This document shows, in pieces, positions 46,910 through 57,499 of a stretch of DNA of 64,000 nt. The notes under the pieces are model-generated. The model was not told the origin of the DNA, made no database searches, and saw only the letters and a program-made list of their open reading frames with translations. Within the stretch, counting starts at the first letter, position 1. Every line of letters starts with the position of its first letter. A program made the position numbers and the translations under genes. Location: assembly GCA_003142815.1 (NCBI GenBank), contig PLNP01000040.1, positions 3,672 to 67,671 on the forward strand, written 5' to 3'. The DNA is from Rhodanobacteraceae bacterium (GTDB lineage: Bacteria; Pseudomonadota; Gammaproteobacteria; Xanthomonadales; Rhodanobacteraceae).

Positions 46910-48751
46910 CTATTGAGAGTCAAAGCCGTCGCAGAAGATCGTATCCCCGACGGCGCAGGCGACGATCTGATTCTGAATCTCGTAGGCACCCAAGTCCATC
47001 GGACCGAACGCGTTAGGGATGTCGATAAGGTCCACTGTTCTTGGCCGCCGATCGAGGTCGCTGCCCGTGCCGCTCGGCGCGAAATCGACGCCGAGCGAGG
47101 TGCGCAGCAGGTGATAGTCCCCGTTCGAGCGATCGAGGTAGTCGGGTTCGCCGTCCATGAGCGCGACGCCACCGGCCAAGGTGCTGACGTTCGTCGCGAG
47201 GACATATTGCGCGGTGAGATCGCCGGCGGCACCGGAAAAGTCGATCACTTGCTGGCCGAGCTGATCGAAGATGTCGTTGGTGATCTCGACGAAGTTCAGA
47301 TTGCTGTAGATCGTGTCGGACGAGCCGGACGCGTTGTCCACGATCGTGCAATTGTTGACATGCAGATGACTTGAACCACCGCCGTCGTGTGCACTAATGA
47401 CCTCGGTTTGATCGGTGTTCGCCGCCAGCAGACAATTTGAAAGTTCCACCTTGGCAGTGATGTTATTCGTGTCTCCGCTGCCGTTGATTTCGATGGTATG
47501 GCCTCCCTGATTGCCGCGCATGACCAATCGATCTGCAAACAGCAACGACGAGACGTCGCCGCGGATCGTCGAGCCAGCTGTCGGCTGGCCGCTGCCGTCT
47601 TCAGAAATGTTGTCGACGATCTCATTGCAGGGCACGCCGACGGCACAGGCAACGGCACCGAGTGCCGGTGGCGTGTCGGGGCCGCAACCCTGAAGCGAGG
47701 ACTCGCTCGTGCGATTCAGAAGGATGTCGGCCTTATTGCCCTCCACCCCTGTCGCAAAGATTGCTGCGCCGTCGCGGGCGACGTTGTCGTGAATACGAAA
47801 GTCATAGATGCACGCCTGCACGTCGTAACCCGCGCTGTCGTTGGTTTCCACGTAGATGCCCCCGCCGTTCTGCGACGCCGAGTTGTTCGCGATCTGCACC
47901 GGGTTATTAGAGTCAGTCGTGAAGATCTGCACGGCATTCGAAATGTTTCCCTGCATAAAGTCCAATCCCACGATCGCAACTCCACCGCCGTTTGCGGCGT
48001 CGTTGAACTGGACGACCGCGCCTCCGTTGAAACCGGGAGAACCGATGTCGGCGTGCGCAGGGGTCAGCACTTCGATGCCTCCGCCGTAGCCGTTCGGCGC
48101 ATGATTGAACCCGATCAGCGTCTGCGGTTGCAGCACGTACAGGCGCGTGTCGCCCTCCACACGAATGCCGCCGCCGGAGGTCTGCGCGGTGTTGTTGAGA
48201 ACCAGCGAGTTATCTTCCAGCACGACGTCGACATGACCACCATCGCCTTTGGCATTGATGCCGCCGCCGTAGCCGGCAGAATTCAGCGAAATGGAACTTA
48301 AGCGGAGGCCAAGAAAACCGCTGCCGTCGAAATCAACGCCACCGCCGCTTGCATTTCCGTCGCGTTGCGCTCCGGTGATGAACAGGTTCTGCAGCAACAC
48401 GCTGGAGTTTCCACGGATCGTGAAGACCGCGCTTCCGTCATTGCCTGCGCCGCTGACCGTCGTCGTGGCGGTATCGACATTGTTGTCGTTGCAGTCGACC
48501 AGGCCGCCGACGATGATCACGCCGTCCGTGTCGTTATTGACCAGGACGTGCTGACCCGTGTACGTCCCGTTCATCGCGATCCAGACGTAATCCGCGCCGG
48601 GATTCGCGGCCGCCGCATCGATGGCGTCCTGGATGTTGGTGTAGGGACAATCCACGTCGCCGCCGACCTTGTAGACGTTGAACGCGAGCGCCCATTGCGG
48701 CAGACAGAATCCGGCGGCGAGCGCCAGGAACAGAAAGTGCGTACGGGCCAT
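46910..48751 (-). CDS. Exported beta-helix (Pmp/choice-of-anchor-Q-like) protein with C-terminal DTIFCDGFD motif
   Basis: Signal peptide, TNIQDAIDAA, repeated GGG[IV] / N.A motifs, GDYHL and DLGAYE. Confidence 0.75.
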   Translation of the reverse strand: MARTHFLFLALAAGFCLPQWALAFNVYKVGGDVDCPYTNIQDAIDAAAANPGADYVWIAMNGTYTGQHVLVNNDTDGVIIVGGLVDCNDNNVDTATTTVSGAGNDGSAVFTIRGNSSVLLQNLFITGAQRDGNASGGGVDFDGSGFLGLRLSSISLNSAGYGGGINAKGDGGHVDVVLEDNSLVLNNTAQTSGGGIRVEGDTRLYVLQPQTLIGFNHAPNGYGGGIEVLTPAHADIGSPGFNGGAVVQFNDAANGGGVAIVGLDFMQGNISNAVQIFTTDSNNPVQIANNSASQNGGGIYVETNDSAGYDVQACIYDFRIHDNVARDGAAIFATGVEGNKADILLNRTSESSLQGCGPDTPPALGAVACAVGVPCNEIVDNISEDGSGQPTAGSTIRGDVSSLLFADRLVMRGNQGGHTIEINGSGDTNNITAKVELSNCLLAANTDQTEVISAHDGGGSSHLHVNNCTIVDNASGSSDTIYSNLNFVEITNDIFDQLGQQVIDFSGAAGDLTAQYVLATNVSTLAGGVALMDGEPDYLDRSNGDYHLLRTSLGVDFAPSGTGSDLDRRPRTVDLIDIPNAFGPMDLGAYEIQNQIVACAVGDTIFCDGFDSQ

Positions 48752-48832
48752 GGTGTACTCCTCAACATACCGATGTGGGCATTGAGGAAGAACGGGCAGC
48801 GGCAGGGGTTTGTGCCATGCTTGGCGATCTGT

Positions 48833-51634
48833 TCAGCGCGGATCCGACGCTGCGGATGATTTTGCACCGCGCTTATCCGCCAACCGGCGGAGTTCGTCGA
48901 GCGTGTCGGGATCGGCTTTGTTGTGCGGCGGGACAAACTCCAGTGCCTGCTGCACAGCGTCGCGCGCCAGTTCCGTCTGCCCGGCGCGTGCCAATGCGCG
49001 GGCTTTCAATGCCAGCATCTCGAAGCGAGATACACCGTGCGGAAACAGCTTGGCGTAGGTGGGCTCGATCTCGAGGATTTCGGCGAGGGCCTCGTCATTG
49101 CGCTCGAGTTCGAACAGCGCTTCGGCGCGAAGAAACCGTGTGGCCAATTGAGCCTGAAGCATGCCGCCCTTGGCGGCCCGATTAATTGAGAGGACGCGGT
49201 CGGTCGTCGCGAGCGCCTGTTCGTAATAGTGTTCCGCGATCTGCGCCACCGCAAGGTTGTCCAATATGTAGGCATAGGAAGGAGTCGATTCACCGGCATG
49301 TGCGCGCTGCGCATCGAGTGCATCGCGAAGATCGCGATCCGCATCGGCGAAGCGCCCTTGCAGGGCATACGACCGTCCACGTATTGCAAGTAGGCGCGGG
49401 CAGACGACGTCATCGACCGTGTGCGCATGGCAGGTGTCTACGCCCTGCGCGCACCAATCGATCGCTGCCTGAAAATCCCGCCTTCCCACGTAGAGCTTGC
49501 ACATGCGGGCGATGGCGTTCAGCGTGTGCGGGTCCGCATCGCCGAATACTACGCGACTCATTTCCAGGCCTCTTCGCGCATACGGTTCGGCTGCATCGAG
49601 ACGCCCCTGCGCGATAAGGAACGAGCCATACATTCCGATATTCCAAGCGCCTTCCGGATTGGGTTTGTCGAAAAAGCGGTCGCCCAGCGTAATCGCCTGT
49701 TGATAGTCGCGCTCCGCGCGCGGGACGTCGCCAGTCGCCTCCTCCGCGACCGCGATCGTCTCGTACAGGTCGATGATGCGCTGGCTTGGGGGTTCACCCT
49801 GCTGATGCCACAACGCAAGCGCAATGTTCGCGCGTTTGAGCCCTTCCTCGAACCGCTGAGCGTCCATGAGTCCTGATATTTCATCGATCGACGCCGCAAG
49901 GAACTCATCGGGCCTTTCGACCGCTTTGGACTGCGCGATCATGACCGCCTGGCGAAAGAGGCCAAGGCCTTCGTCGATGCGACCTTGGTGTAGGAGGGCG
50001 TTGCCCAGCAGTAGCACTCCTTCGATGCCGATGCCATCACGACGTGCGAGCAATTGAGTGCGCAAGGGATCGAGAAGTGCGATGGCATCGGCGCGACGCG
50101 ACTTGGCGACCAGCACAGATGCGCGAATCACCTTGACACTCCACCAGTTCGTGTCGTTCGAACCATATTCACGTTCGATGGCTGGCTCGGCACGATCGAG
50201 CAGCGCAAGTGCGCGATCGTAGGCACCGACGCTTCGGGCAACCTTGGCGAGCGTCAGCAGCAGATCGGCGCGCAATGCGTCGGGCAGCCCGTTCTGCGTG
50301 GTTAATCGTGACGTCGCCTGGTCGACAATGTCTTCGACGCTGGGGCGTTTGTCCTTCGGCAGATCCGCTCCCGCCGCCTCGAACACCGAAACCAGGAAAT
50401 CGCGTTCTGCATTCGCCCGATCCGCCTGTTGCTTCACCTTGTTGGCTTGCGACAGGACGACGCCCAGCGTGATGACGCCGGCGAGCGCGATTGCCGCACC
50501 GGCTGCAACCCCGCTCTTGTGCCGGACGACGAACTTGCGCGCGCGATACCAGGCCGAGGGCGGATGCGCGGCAACCGGCCGCCCGTCGAGCAGGCGCTCG
50601 ATGTCGTCGGCGAGTGTGCCGGCGGAGGCGTACCGTTTGGCAGGATCGGCATCGAGCGCCTTCAGCACGATGTTGTCGAGGTCGCCGCGCAATTGCCGGC
50701 GCGTCACGTTGACCGTGGCCGGCAGCACGCCCGGAAGCTGCTGGCCACTGATCTGACTGGAAGGCGTGCCTAGCGATCCTTCCGTCATGCGTTCGCCGGT
50801 CATCAACTCGCCGAGCAGCACGCCGAGCGCATAGACATCGGTTGCGGTGGTGATGAGGCCGCCGCTGCGTTGCTCCGGCGATGCGTACGCCGGCGTGAAC
50901 GCGGGCAGCCGCGTTTGCGTGTCGTCGTCGGCGTCGAGCAGTTTGGCGATACCGAAGTCGAGCAGCTTCACGACCCCTTCTTCGGTGACCAGCACGTTGG
51001 AAGGCTTGAGATCGCGATGCACGATCAGCGCGCGGTGCGCGGCATCGACGGCAGCGCAGATGTCGAGGAACAAGAGCAGGCGGCGGCGTACGTCGAGCCG
51101 GTGATCGCGTGCGTAGTCGGTGATCGGCACGCCCTCGACCAGATCCAGTGCGATATAGGCCGCCCCGGTGTCGGTGACGCCGCCCTCGATCAGGCGCGCG
51201 ATCGCCGGATGCTGGAGTTGCGACAGGACTTGTCGTTCGCGGCGGAACTGGCGTTGCGCGTCCGGCGAATACAATCCGCGCCGCAACAGTTTCAGTGCCA
51301 CCTCCTGACGCACGCCGTCGACCGTGCGCGCGGCACGAAATACCGTCGACGAGCCGCCTTCGCCGAGCACCTCGACCAGCTCGAACGGGCCAATGCGCGA
51401 ACCGGGCGGCAGCGCTTCGGCGACGGCTGCGTCCCCCAGAGCTCCGGCCAGTGCCGCGGCCGGCGCAGCCGGCAGAGCGCCGTCCGGTTCCGGACCTGCG
51501 CCCAGCATGCGTTCCAGTCGTGCGCGCTGATCGGGATCTGGGCAGCGGCCCGCCAGAAACTGCGCGCGCGCTTCCTCCGGCAGGTCGAGGGCCCCTTCGA
51601 ACAGCTCGCGCAAGGTCGGGTTCTGCGATGCCAT
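48833..51634 (-). CDS. Hanks-type Ser/Thr protein kinase with TM segment and TPR-like C-terminal region
   Basis: LGEGGSSTVF, VALKLL, VHRDLKPSN, LLDFGIAK, TPAYASPEQ and TDVYALG. Confidence 0.92.
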   Translation of the reverse strand: MASQNPTLRELFEGALDLPEEARAQFLAGRCPDPDQRARLERMLGAGPEPDGALPAAPAAALAGALGDAAVAEALPPGSRIGPFELVEVLGEGGSSTVFRAARTVDGVRQEVALKLLRRGLYSPDAQRQFRRERQVLSQLQHPAIARLIEGGVTDTGAAYIALDLVEGVPITDYARDHRLDVRRRLLLFLDICAAVDAAHRALIVHRDLKPSNVLVTEEGVVKLLDFGIAKLLDADDDTQTRLPAFTPAYASPEQRSGGLITTATDVYALGVLLGELMTGERMTEGSLGTPSSQISGQQLPGVLPATVNVTRRQLRGDLDNIVLKALDADPAKRYASAGTLADDIERLLDGRPVAAHPPSAWYRARKFVVRHKSGVAAGAAIALAGVITLGVVLSQANKVKQQADRANAERDFLVSVFEAAGADLPKDKRPSVEDIVDQATSRLTTQNGLPDALRADLLLTLAKVARSVGAYDRALALLDRAEPAIEREYGSNDTNWWSVKVIRASVLVAKSRRADAIALLDPLRTQLLARRDGIGIEGVLLLGNALLHQGRIDEGLGLFRQAVMIAQSKAVERPDEFLAASIDEISGLMDAQRFEEGLKRANIALALWHQQGEPPSQRIIDLYETIAVAEEATGDVPRAERDYQQAITLGDRFFDKPNPEGAWNIGMYGSFLIAQGRLDAAEPYARRGLEMSRVVFGDADPHTLNAIARMCKLYVGRRDFQAAIDWCAQGVDTCHAHTVDDVVCPRLLAIRGRSYALQGRFADADRDLRDALDAQRAHAGESTPSYAYILDNLAVAQIAEHYYEQALATTDRVLSINRAAKGGMLQAQLATRFLRAEALFELERNDEALAEILEIEPTYAKLFPHGVSRFEMLALKARALARAGQTELARDAVQQALEFVPPHNKADPDTLDELRRLADKRGAKSSAASDPR

Positions 51635-51693
51635 GCGATTCCGAAGCGAGGGGGCTGCCTATAAATAACGGGTACGCGTGCTGAACTGTGCCA

Positions 51694-52224
51694 TCAGTCG
51701 AGATCGGTTTTCAGGAAGGCCAACGCAAACGCCCAGTCGCGATCTGCGGTGCGTTTGCTGATGCCGAGCGCATCGGCGACCTGCTCGGAGGTCAGGCCGG
51801 CGAAATAGCGCAATTCGACGACCTGGGCGGCGCGTTCGTCGATAGCGGCCAGCCGGCCGAGTGCCGTGTCGAGGGCGATCGCCTGCTCGGCGCTGTCGAG
51901 TGCGAACGACTCGTTGCTCGCGGTCAGGGTGATCTGTATCCAGTCGCCGCCGGCGCGCTGGCTCATGTGCGTTCGCGCGCGATCGGTCAGCAGATGCCGC
52001 ATCGCGCGCGCTGCGTACGAAAAAAATTGCCCGGGGTGCGAGAACGACAGGCCTTTCTGCGCATTGAGGCGCAGATAGAGTTCGTGAACCAGCGACGTCG
52101 TGTCGAGGGTGGTGCTACGTCCGCCCGACGCCAGGCTCTTGCCGGCCATGAGTTTCAAACGCTCGTACACCGCGGCGAACAATGCGTCGGACGACTGCGC
52201 GGATTCGGACGGTGACTCGGTCAT
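51694..52224 (-). CDS. ECF sigma factor (TIGR02999/ECF43-like, kinase-associated)
   Basis: LDTTSLVHELYLRL, YAARAMRHLLTD, VVELRYFAGLT and RDWAFA; 60 bp upstream of the kinase gene. Confidence 0.88.
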   Translation of the reverse strand: MTESPSESAQSSDALFAAVYERLKLMAGKSLASGGRSTTLDTTSLVHELYLRLNAQKGLSFSHPGQFFSYAARAMRHLLTDRARTHMSQRAGGDWIQITLTASNESFALDSAEQAIALDTALGRLAAIDERAAQVVELRYFAGLTSEQVADALGISKRTADRDWAFALAFLKTDLD

Positions 52225-52296
52225 GGCGGCCTCTATGCTGCACAGTCTAGCAACACACGGTCCCGGAGGACGCCGCGCGCTGAGTCGCCCGCTGGC

Positions 52297-52590
52297 CAGC
52301 CTTGCCAAGGGGCTGGTGGTGCCGCCAAGGGACATGTCGCCCATCACGACCATCTGACCTTGCATCGGCCGACCCAGCGAGGCGGAACACAGGGCAACAA
52401 AGCTCGACAGCGTGAGCGTTTCCGGGCTGCCGTTGTTCTGCAGTTCGACGAGATGCAGGTGGAAGTCCTGTACGGCGGTCTTGATCGACGCGCTGACCCG
52501 GCTGGCGTTGGCTTTGAAGTAGTCGAAGGCGACGCGCACGGATTCGCGTGATCCGGATCCGGAGATCGACAGCTTGCCGTTGCCGGCCAT
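52297..52590 (-). pseudogene. brxL: BREX BrxL (Lon-like) C-terminal fragment
   Basis: GNGKLSISG...ESVRVAFDYFKANASRVS...DFHLHLVELQN...QMVVMGDMSLGG; truncated at both ends. Confidence 0.75.
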
Positions 52591-52598
52591 GGTCTGGC

Positions 52599-53246
52599 GC
52601 TTTGCGCTCGCGAAACGGGTGGACGTTGAAGGAAATGAGTCAGCGCACCAACATCCCCGTGTCGACCCTATCGAAGGTCGAGCACGATCGGCTTACGCTG
52701 ACTTATGACAAGCTGCTGCAATTGAGCCAGCGACTCAACATCCGCATGTCGGAACTGTTCGCCGATCCCACGGGCGTCGCCGAGCCAGCCGTGACAGCGC
52801 GTCGCAGCATCGGCCGCATCGACGATGCGGTGCGCGTGAACACGAAGAACTACGACTACCACTATCTGTGTCCCGAACTGCGCAAGAAGCGCATGATCCC
52901 GGTGATGACACTGATCCGTGCCAAGAGCGTCGAAGAGTTCGGTGAACTCGTGCACCACTCCGGCGAGGAATATGTCTACGTTCTCGAAGGGAGGATCAAG
53001 GTTCACACCGAGTTTTACGATCCCGTAGAACTCAACGCCGGCGAATCGATCTATATCGACAGCAATATGGGCCATGCCTATGTCACCGCGGCAGGATGTG
53101 AGGAGGCCACTGTGCTGGCGGTATGTTCGAGCGCGGATGAAAGTCTCATGGAATCGCTGCTCTCGCTTCACGGCGAAGCAGGCGAGATTGCTGCGGCGAC
53201 GTCGAGGGATTCGAGCACAAAAAACCCCGCATTTACGCGGGGTTAG
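52599..53246 (+). pseudogene. XRE HTH plus cupin transcriptional regulator, 5' truncated
   Basis: GWTLKEMSQRTNIPVSTLSKVEH HTH and HSGEEYVYVLEG cupin; no start or RBS, abuts the brxL fragment. Confidence 0.75.
53223..53244. repeat. Short hairpin next to the tRNA 3' end (terminator or island-end feature)
   Basis: AACCCCGC-atttac-GCGGGGTT. Confidence 0.6.
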
Positions 53247-53287
53247 TTGTTTTCTGAGCTTCGCTGGGAACCGCTGAAACTCATCGT

Positions 53288-53361
53288 TGGCTGGGGGACT
53301 AGGGCTCGAACCTAGATTAACGGTGTCAGAGACCGTTGTCCTACCATTAGACGATCCCCCA
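53288..53361 (-). tRNA. tRNA-Gln (anticodon CTG)
   Basis: 74 nt: acceptor TGGGGGA/TCCCCCA, anticodon arm ACGGT-CTCTGAC-ACCGT, T loop TTCGAGC, 3' CCA. Confidence 0.96.
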
Positions 53362-53491
53362 TCGAGGGTCCGGGAAATGTTAGGTCCGTGGCGCCGAAGG
53401 CGACGTGGACTTGCCGACTTCCCACGAGCCGGAAAGGAGGCCCCGGTTCGCCGCCCTCTCCACTGACGAGAGGGCTACAAGATCGCAGCGC

Positions 53492-53884
53492 TTAGCGCTT
53501 CGAGTACTGCGTCGCGCGGCGGGCCTTGTGCAGACCGACCTTCTTGCGCTCGACTTCACGCGCGTCGCGGGTCATGAAACCGGCCTTGCGCAGCGGCGAC
53601 TTCAGCGTTTCGTCGTACTTGACCAGCGCGCGCGAGATGCCGAGGCGAATCGCGCCGGCCTGGCCGGTCATGCCGCCGCCTTCGACGGTGACCATGACAT
53701 CGAACTTGTCGTTGTTCTGGGTCAGTTCGAGCGGCTGGCGCACGATCATGCGCGAGGTCTCGCGACCGAAGAACGCGTCGAGTGGCTTGCCGTTGACCAC
53801 GATGCTGCCGCTGCCCTTGCGCAGGAACACGCGCGCTGCGGAGGACTTGCGACGGCCGGTGCCGTAATTTTGCTGAATCGCCAT
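53492..53884 (-). CDS. rpsI: 30S ribosomal protein S9
   Basis: [21 protein letters not shown] and [11 protein letters not shown]. Confidence 0.98.
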   Translation of the reverse strand: MAIQQNYGTGRRKSSAARVFLRKGSGSIVVNGKPLDAFFGRETSRMIVRQPLELTQNNDKFDVMVTVEGGGMTGQAGAIRLGISRALVKYDETLKSPLRKAGFMTRDAREVERKKVGLHKARRATQYSKR

Positions 53885-53898
53885 CGTGAATGCCCTGA

Positions 53899-54348
53899 TT
53901 AGGATTTGCTGGTAGCCGTGTTGATGTCCAGCACCTGCGGCTGCTGGGCGGTATGCGGGTGGTTGGGGCCGGCGTAGACCTTGAGCTTGCGATATATCGC
54001 GCGGCCCAGCGGGTTCTTCGGCAGCATGCCCTTGACGGCGATCTCGATCACGCGCTCCGGATGCTTGGCCAGCATGTCCTTGAGCGCCATGGTCTTGAGG
54101 TTGCCGATGTGACCGGTGAAGCGGTGGTAGTTCTTGTCTTCCAGCTTCTTGCCGGTGACCGCGATCTTCTCCGCGTTGATCACGACGAGGTAATCGCCGG
54201 TATCCACGTGCGGGGTAAAGATCGGCTTGTGCTTGCCGCGCAGACGGAACGCAAGTTCGGTACACAGGCGGCCGAGCGTCTTGTTGGTGGCATCGACCAC
54301 ATACCAATCGCGTTTGACGCCTTCTGCTTTGGCGCTGATCGTTGTCAT
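53899..54348 (-). CDS. rplM: 50S ribosomal protein L13
   Basis: [22 protein letters not shown] and GMLPKN. Confidence 0.98.
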   Translation of the reverse strand: MTTISAKAEGVKRDWYVVDATNKTLGRLCTELAFRLRGKHKPIFTPHVDTGDYLVVINAEKIAVTGKKLEDKNYHRFTGHIGNLKTMALKDMLAKHPERVIEIAVKGMLPKNPLGRAIYRKLKVYAGPNHPHTAQQPQVLDINTATSKS

Positions 54349-54473
54349 ATCCGGAAGACTCTGGGTCGGCCCCGAACAGCGGGCTCGTCATAAATGAGGA
54401 CGCGGGAGAATAGCGGGAACGCCCGGAACTGGCAACCGGGGACCGCCGTCCAGCGTGAACCGCGAATGTTAGC

Positions 54474-55745
54474 ATGGATCCCATGCTCGCTCCTGCATCG
54501 ACATTTTCTGCATCGACACTGCCCGCGCCCGACGCGCGCCTGTTGGCGCTCACTGACCAGTGCGTGATGTGCGGCCTGTGCCTGCCGCATTGCCCGACCT
54601 ATCGTCTCGACAATATCGAGGCCGAATCGCCGCGCGGACGTATCGCACTGGCGCGCGCGCTGGCGACCGGCGCGCTGGCACCGACGCCCTCCGCGCTGCT
54701 GCATCTCGATCAGTGCCTGGGCTGTCTTTCCTGCCAGAAGGTGTGCCCGTCGCAGGTTCAATACGACGAAATCCTGGTGCGCACCCGCGCCGCACTGGCC
54801 GAAAAGCGCCCCGCCGCAGGGCGAGGCCTGCCCGACTTCGTCCGGCACGCGCTGCACAATCCAGCGCGATTGACCGCGCTCGCTCGGGTCGGCGCCGCGC
54901 TGCACGCTGGGCGCTGGCTGCCATCTCTGGCGCGCCTGCTGCCGAAGACATCGATCTGGCGCCGACTCGCCCAGACACAGCCGGCGTTGCCGCGTGCACG
55001 CCACTTACCTGACGCGAAGCCCACGCAGCGCACACGCGGGCGCATCGCGCTGTTTCGCGGCTGCGTCGCCAGCGTTTATGACCGCGATACGTTCGCCGCT
55101 GGCCAGCGCCTGCTCGAAGCGCTCGGTTACGAAGTCGTCGCGACGACGGGCACGCACTGCTGCGGCGCGCTGCCACGTCACGCGGGTGATGTCGCGGCGG
55201 CAGCAACCGAGGCCACGCGCACGCGCGAGGCCTTGCGGGCGACCGGCGCCGCGGTCGCACTGGTCAGCGCGACCGGCTGTTACGGCGATATGCGCGACCA
55301 GGTGCTGGCCGGCTCCACAACACGCGTCGCCGACATCCACGCATTTCTTGCAAGCGACCCCGGTTTCGCGGCACTGCGCTTCAAGCCGCTCGCCGCGCGC
55401 GCCGCGCTGCATCTGCCATGCACGCAGGTCAACGTGGTCGGCGAGGTCGCGGCGATCCGCGCTCTGCTCGCGCGGATTCCCGAGCTCGCCATCCTGACCT
55501 TGCCGGAACAGCCGCGCTGCTGCGGCGCCGCCGGCAGTTATTTCATCGAACATCCGGACATCGCCGATCGCCTGCGCGGCGAGAAGCTCGATCAGGCGCG
55601 GACGCTGGCGCCGGACCTGCTGTTGACCACCAACATCGGTTGCCGCATCCATCTCGGCAACGGCCTGCGCGAACGCGCCGCACATGTTCCGGTGCTGCAT
55701 CCATTGGCATTGCTCGCGCAACAACTGGAAAATTCCCCGCCATGA
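54474..55745 (+). CDS. GlcF-like (Fe-S)-binding CCG-domain protein
   Basis: [26 protein letters not shown] and two CCG motifs. Confidence 0.88.
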   Translation: MDPMLAPASTFSASTLPAPDARLLALTDQCVMCGLCLPHCPTYRLDNIEAESPRGRIALARALATGALAPTPSALLHLDQCLGCLSCQKVCPSQVQYDEILVRTRAALAEKRPAAGRGLPDFVRHALHNPARLTALARVGAALHAGRWLPSLARLLPKTSIWRRLAQTQPALPRARHLPDAKPTQRTRGRIALFRGCVASVYDRDTFAAGQRLLEALGYEVVATTGTHCCGALPRHAGDVAAAATEATRTREALRATGAAVALVSATGCYGDMRDQVLAGSTTRVADIHAFLASDPGFAALRFKPLAARAALHLPCTQVNVVGEVAAIRALLARIPELAILTLPEQPRCCGAAGSYFIEHPDIADRLRGEKLDQARTLAPDLLLTTNIGCRIHLGNGLRERAAHVPVLHPLALLAQQLENSPP

Positions 55746-56386
55746 CAACCCGAACCCTGTCGCCGCTGGATCGCGCCCTCGTCGAAATCGAACGCGCGCT
55801 CGAAACCATCTTCGTGGCCACGCCGATCGCGACGCAGCCCTCGCCCGCTACGGATACGCCGGACGCCGATCTGGATGATGCCGCACGCAAGCATGCGGCC
55901 GGACTGATGCGCGTCAACCACGTCGGCGAGGTCTGCGCGCAGGCGCTGTATTTCGGCCAGGCCGCAGTCATGCGCGATGCGTCGCTGCGAAACGAGATGC
56001 TTGCCGCCGCCGCCGAGGAAACCGACCATCTGGCCTGGTGCGGCGAACGTCTCGACGAACTCCGCAGTCGGCCGAGCCTGTTGAACCCGATCTGGTATGC
56101 CGGCGCCTACGCGATCGGTGCCGCAGCCGGCCTGATCGGCGACCGCCTCAGCCTCGGTTTCGTCGTCGAGACCGAACGCCAGGTCGAGGCGCATCTGGGT
56201 GAGCATCTGGAAAAGCTGCCGCCAGGCGATGAGCGCAGCCGCGCCATCGTGCGGCGCATGAAGGATGACGAAGCGCAGCATGCCGAGCGCGCGCTTGCGG
56301 CCGGTGCGCGCACGTTGCCCATGCCCATACCGACGCTGATGCGCTTCGCGTCGAACGTGATGAAGACGGTCGCGTATCGGATCTGA
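55742..56386 (+). CDS. coq7: 2-polyprenyl-3-methyl-6-methoxy-1,4-benzoquinone monooxygenase
   Basis: [31 protein letters not shown] and DEAQHA. Confidence 0.95.
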   Translation: MTTRTLSPLDRALVEIERALETIFVATPIATQPSPATDTPDADLDDAARKHAAGLMRVNHVGEVCAQALYFGQAAVMRDASLRNEMLAAAAEETDHLAWCGERLDELRSRPSLLNPIWYAGAYAIGAAAGLIGDRLSLGFVVETERQVEAHLGEHLEKLPPGDERSRAIVRRMKDDEAQHAERALAAGARTLPMPIPTLMRFASNVMKTVAYRI

Positions 56387-56400
56387 GGCCGGAAAAGGAA

Positions 56401-56460
56401 CTGGATCCCGGCTCGGGCGAAGCCCGGCCTGTCCTGAGCTTGTCGAAGCGCCGGGATGAC
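56401..56460. repeat. REP-like palindromic element between coq7 and speD
   Basis: ATCCCGGC...GCCGGGAT outer stem, inner CGGGCGAAGCCCG hairpin and a CCTGTCCTGAGCTTGTCGAAG motif. Confidence 0.7.
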
Positions 56461-56495
56461 GAGAGTCGGAGTATCCCGAATCCCGATTTCCTGCC

Positions 56496-57281
56496 CTACA
56501 TCAAATTGCGGCCGTGGAAGAGCTCCTCGATCTCGCGCTTCAGGAGCAGCTCGATGCGCTGGCGTTCCTTGAATGAGAGATCGTCGGCCTGCGCCTCGAA
56601 CAGATAGGTATCGAGGTCGAAGTCCTTGATATGCATCTTCGTGTGGAAGATGTTTTCCTGGTAGACATTGACGTCGAACATCTCGTACTTCTGACGGATG
56701 CGCTTGGCCAGATAGTCCTGGATCGAATTGATCTTGTGGTCGATGTAGTGCTTGCGACCCTTCACGTCACGGGTAAAACCACGCACGCGGTAGTCCATCG
56801 TGACGATGTCGGACTCGAAGCTGTCGATCAGGAAGTTCAACGCACGCAGTGGCGAGATGACACCGCACGTGGCCACGTCGATGTCCGCGCGGAATGTCGC
56901 GATGCCGTTGTGCGGATGCGTTTCCGGATAGGTGTGCACCGTGATGTGGCTCTTGTCGAGGTGTGCGACGATCGTATCGGAGATCATGTCCTTGCCGAGC
57001 TTTTCGACCACCGGATGCTCGGAGATCAGGATCGTCACCGACGCGCCCTGCGGGTCGTAGTCCTGGCGCGCGATGTTGAGGATGTTCGCGCCGACGATGT
57101 CGGCGACATCGGTCAGGATCTGGGTCAGACGGTCGGAATCGTACTGCTCGTCGATGTACTCTATATAGCGCTGGCGCTGATCCTCGGACACCGCATAGCA
57201 GATGTCGTAGATGTTGAAGCTGAGCGCCTTGGTCAGGTTGTTGAAACCTTGCAGTTGCAGACGCGGAATCGATTTGACCAC
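56496..57281 (-). CDS. speD: S-adenosylmethionine decarboxylase proenzyme
   Basis: [26 protein letters not shown] and [14 protein letters not shown]; GTG start. Confidence 0.95.
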   Translation of the reverse strand: MVKSIPRLQLQGFNNLTKALSFNIYDICYAVSEDQRQRYIEYIDEQYDSDRLTQILTDVADIVGANILNIARQDYDPQGASVTILISEHPVVEKLGKDMISDTIVAHLDKSHITVHTYPETHPHNGIATFRADIDVATCGVISPLRALNFLIDSFESDIVTMDYRVRGFTRDVKGRKHYIDHKINSIQDYLAKRIRQKYEMFDVNVYQENIFHTKMHIKDFDLDTYLFEAQADDLSFKERQRIELLLKREIEELFHGRNLM

Positions 57282-57499
57282 GGCGGAATACCTCGGGGCG
57301 TACAACGGCGGAGGGCGCGGATTATGGGCCATGCGCCCATGTGATGAAACCGCACGCCCGGTCGCCCTCGCAAACGCGCGACGCATGACGCAATATGCAA
57401 TAAGCTGTGCCCCTGTTCGCCCATGTCAGTCGCGTGGCCGTTCATGTGTCCCTTCATGAGGCGGGACATCGCCGCGATCGGACGCCGAGGAGGTCTTTC

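Larger units (their letters stand above)
35122..53313. mobile_element. About 18-kb decayed genomic island integrated at tRNA-Gln
   Basis: Bounded by the 20-bp direct repeat; contains relaxase, IS, RM and BrxL remnants and AT-richer cargo; no integrase recognised. Confidence 0.75.

Noticed and set aside
51694-52590. In-frame BrxL-ECF sigma fusion protein
   Set aside because: The ECF gene has its own RBS and ATG at 52224, the linker is low-complexity and the BrxL part is truncated; frame continuity is likely coincidental
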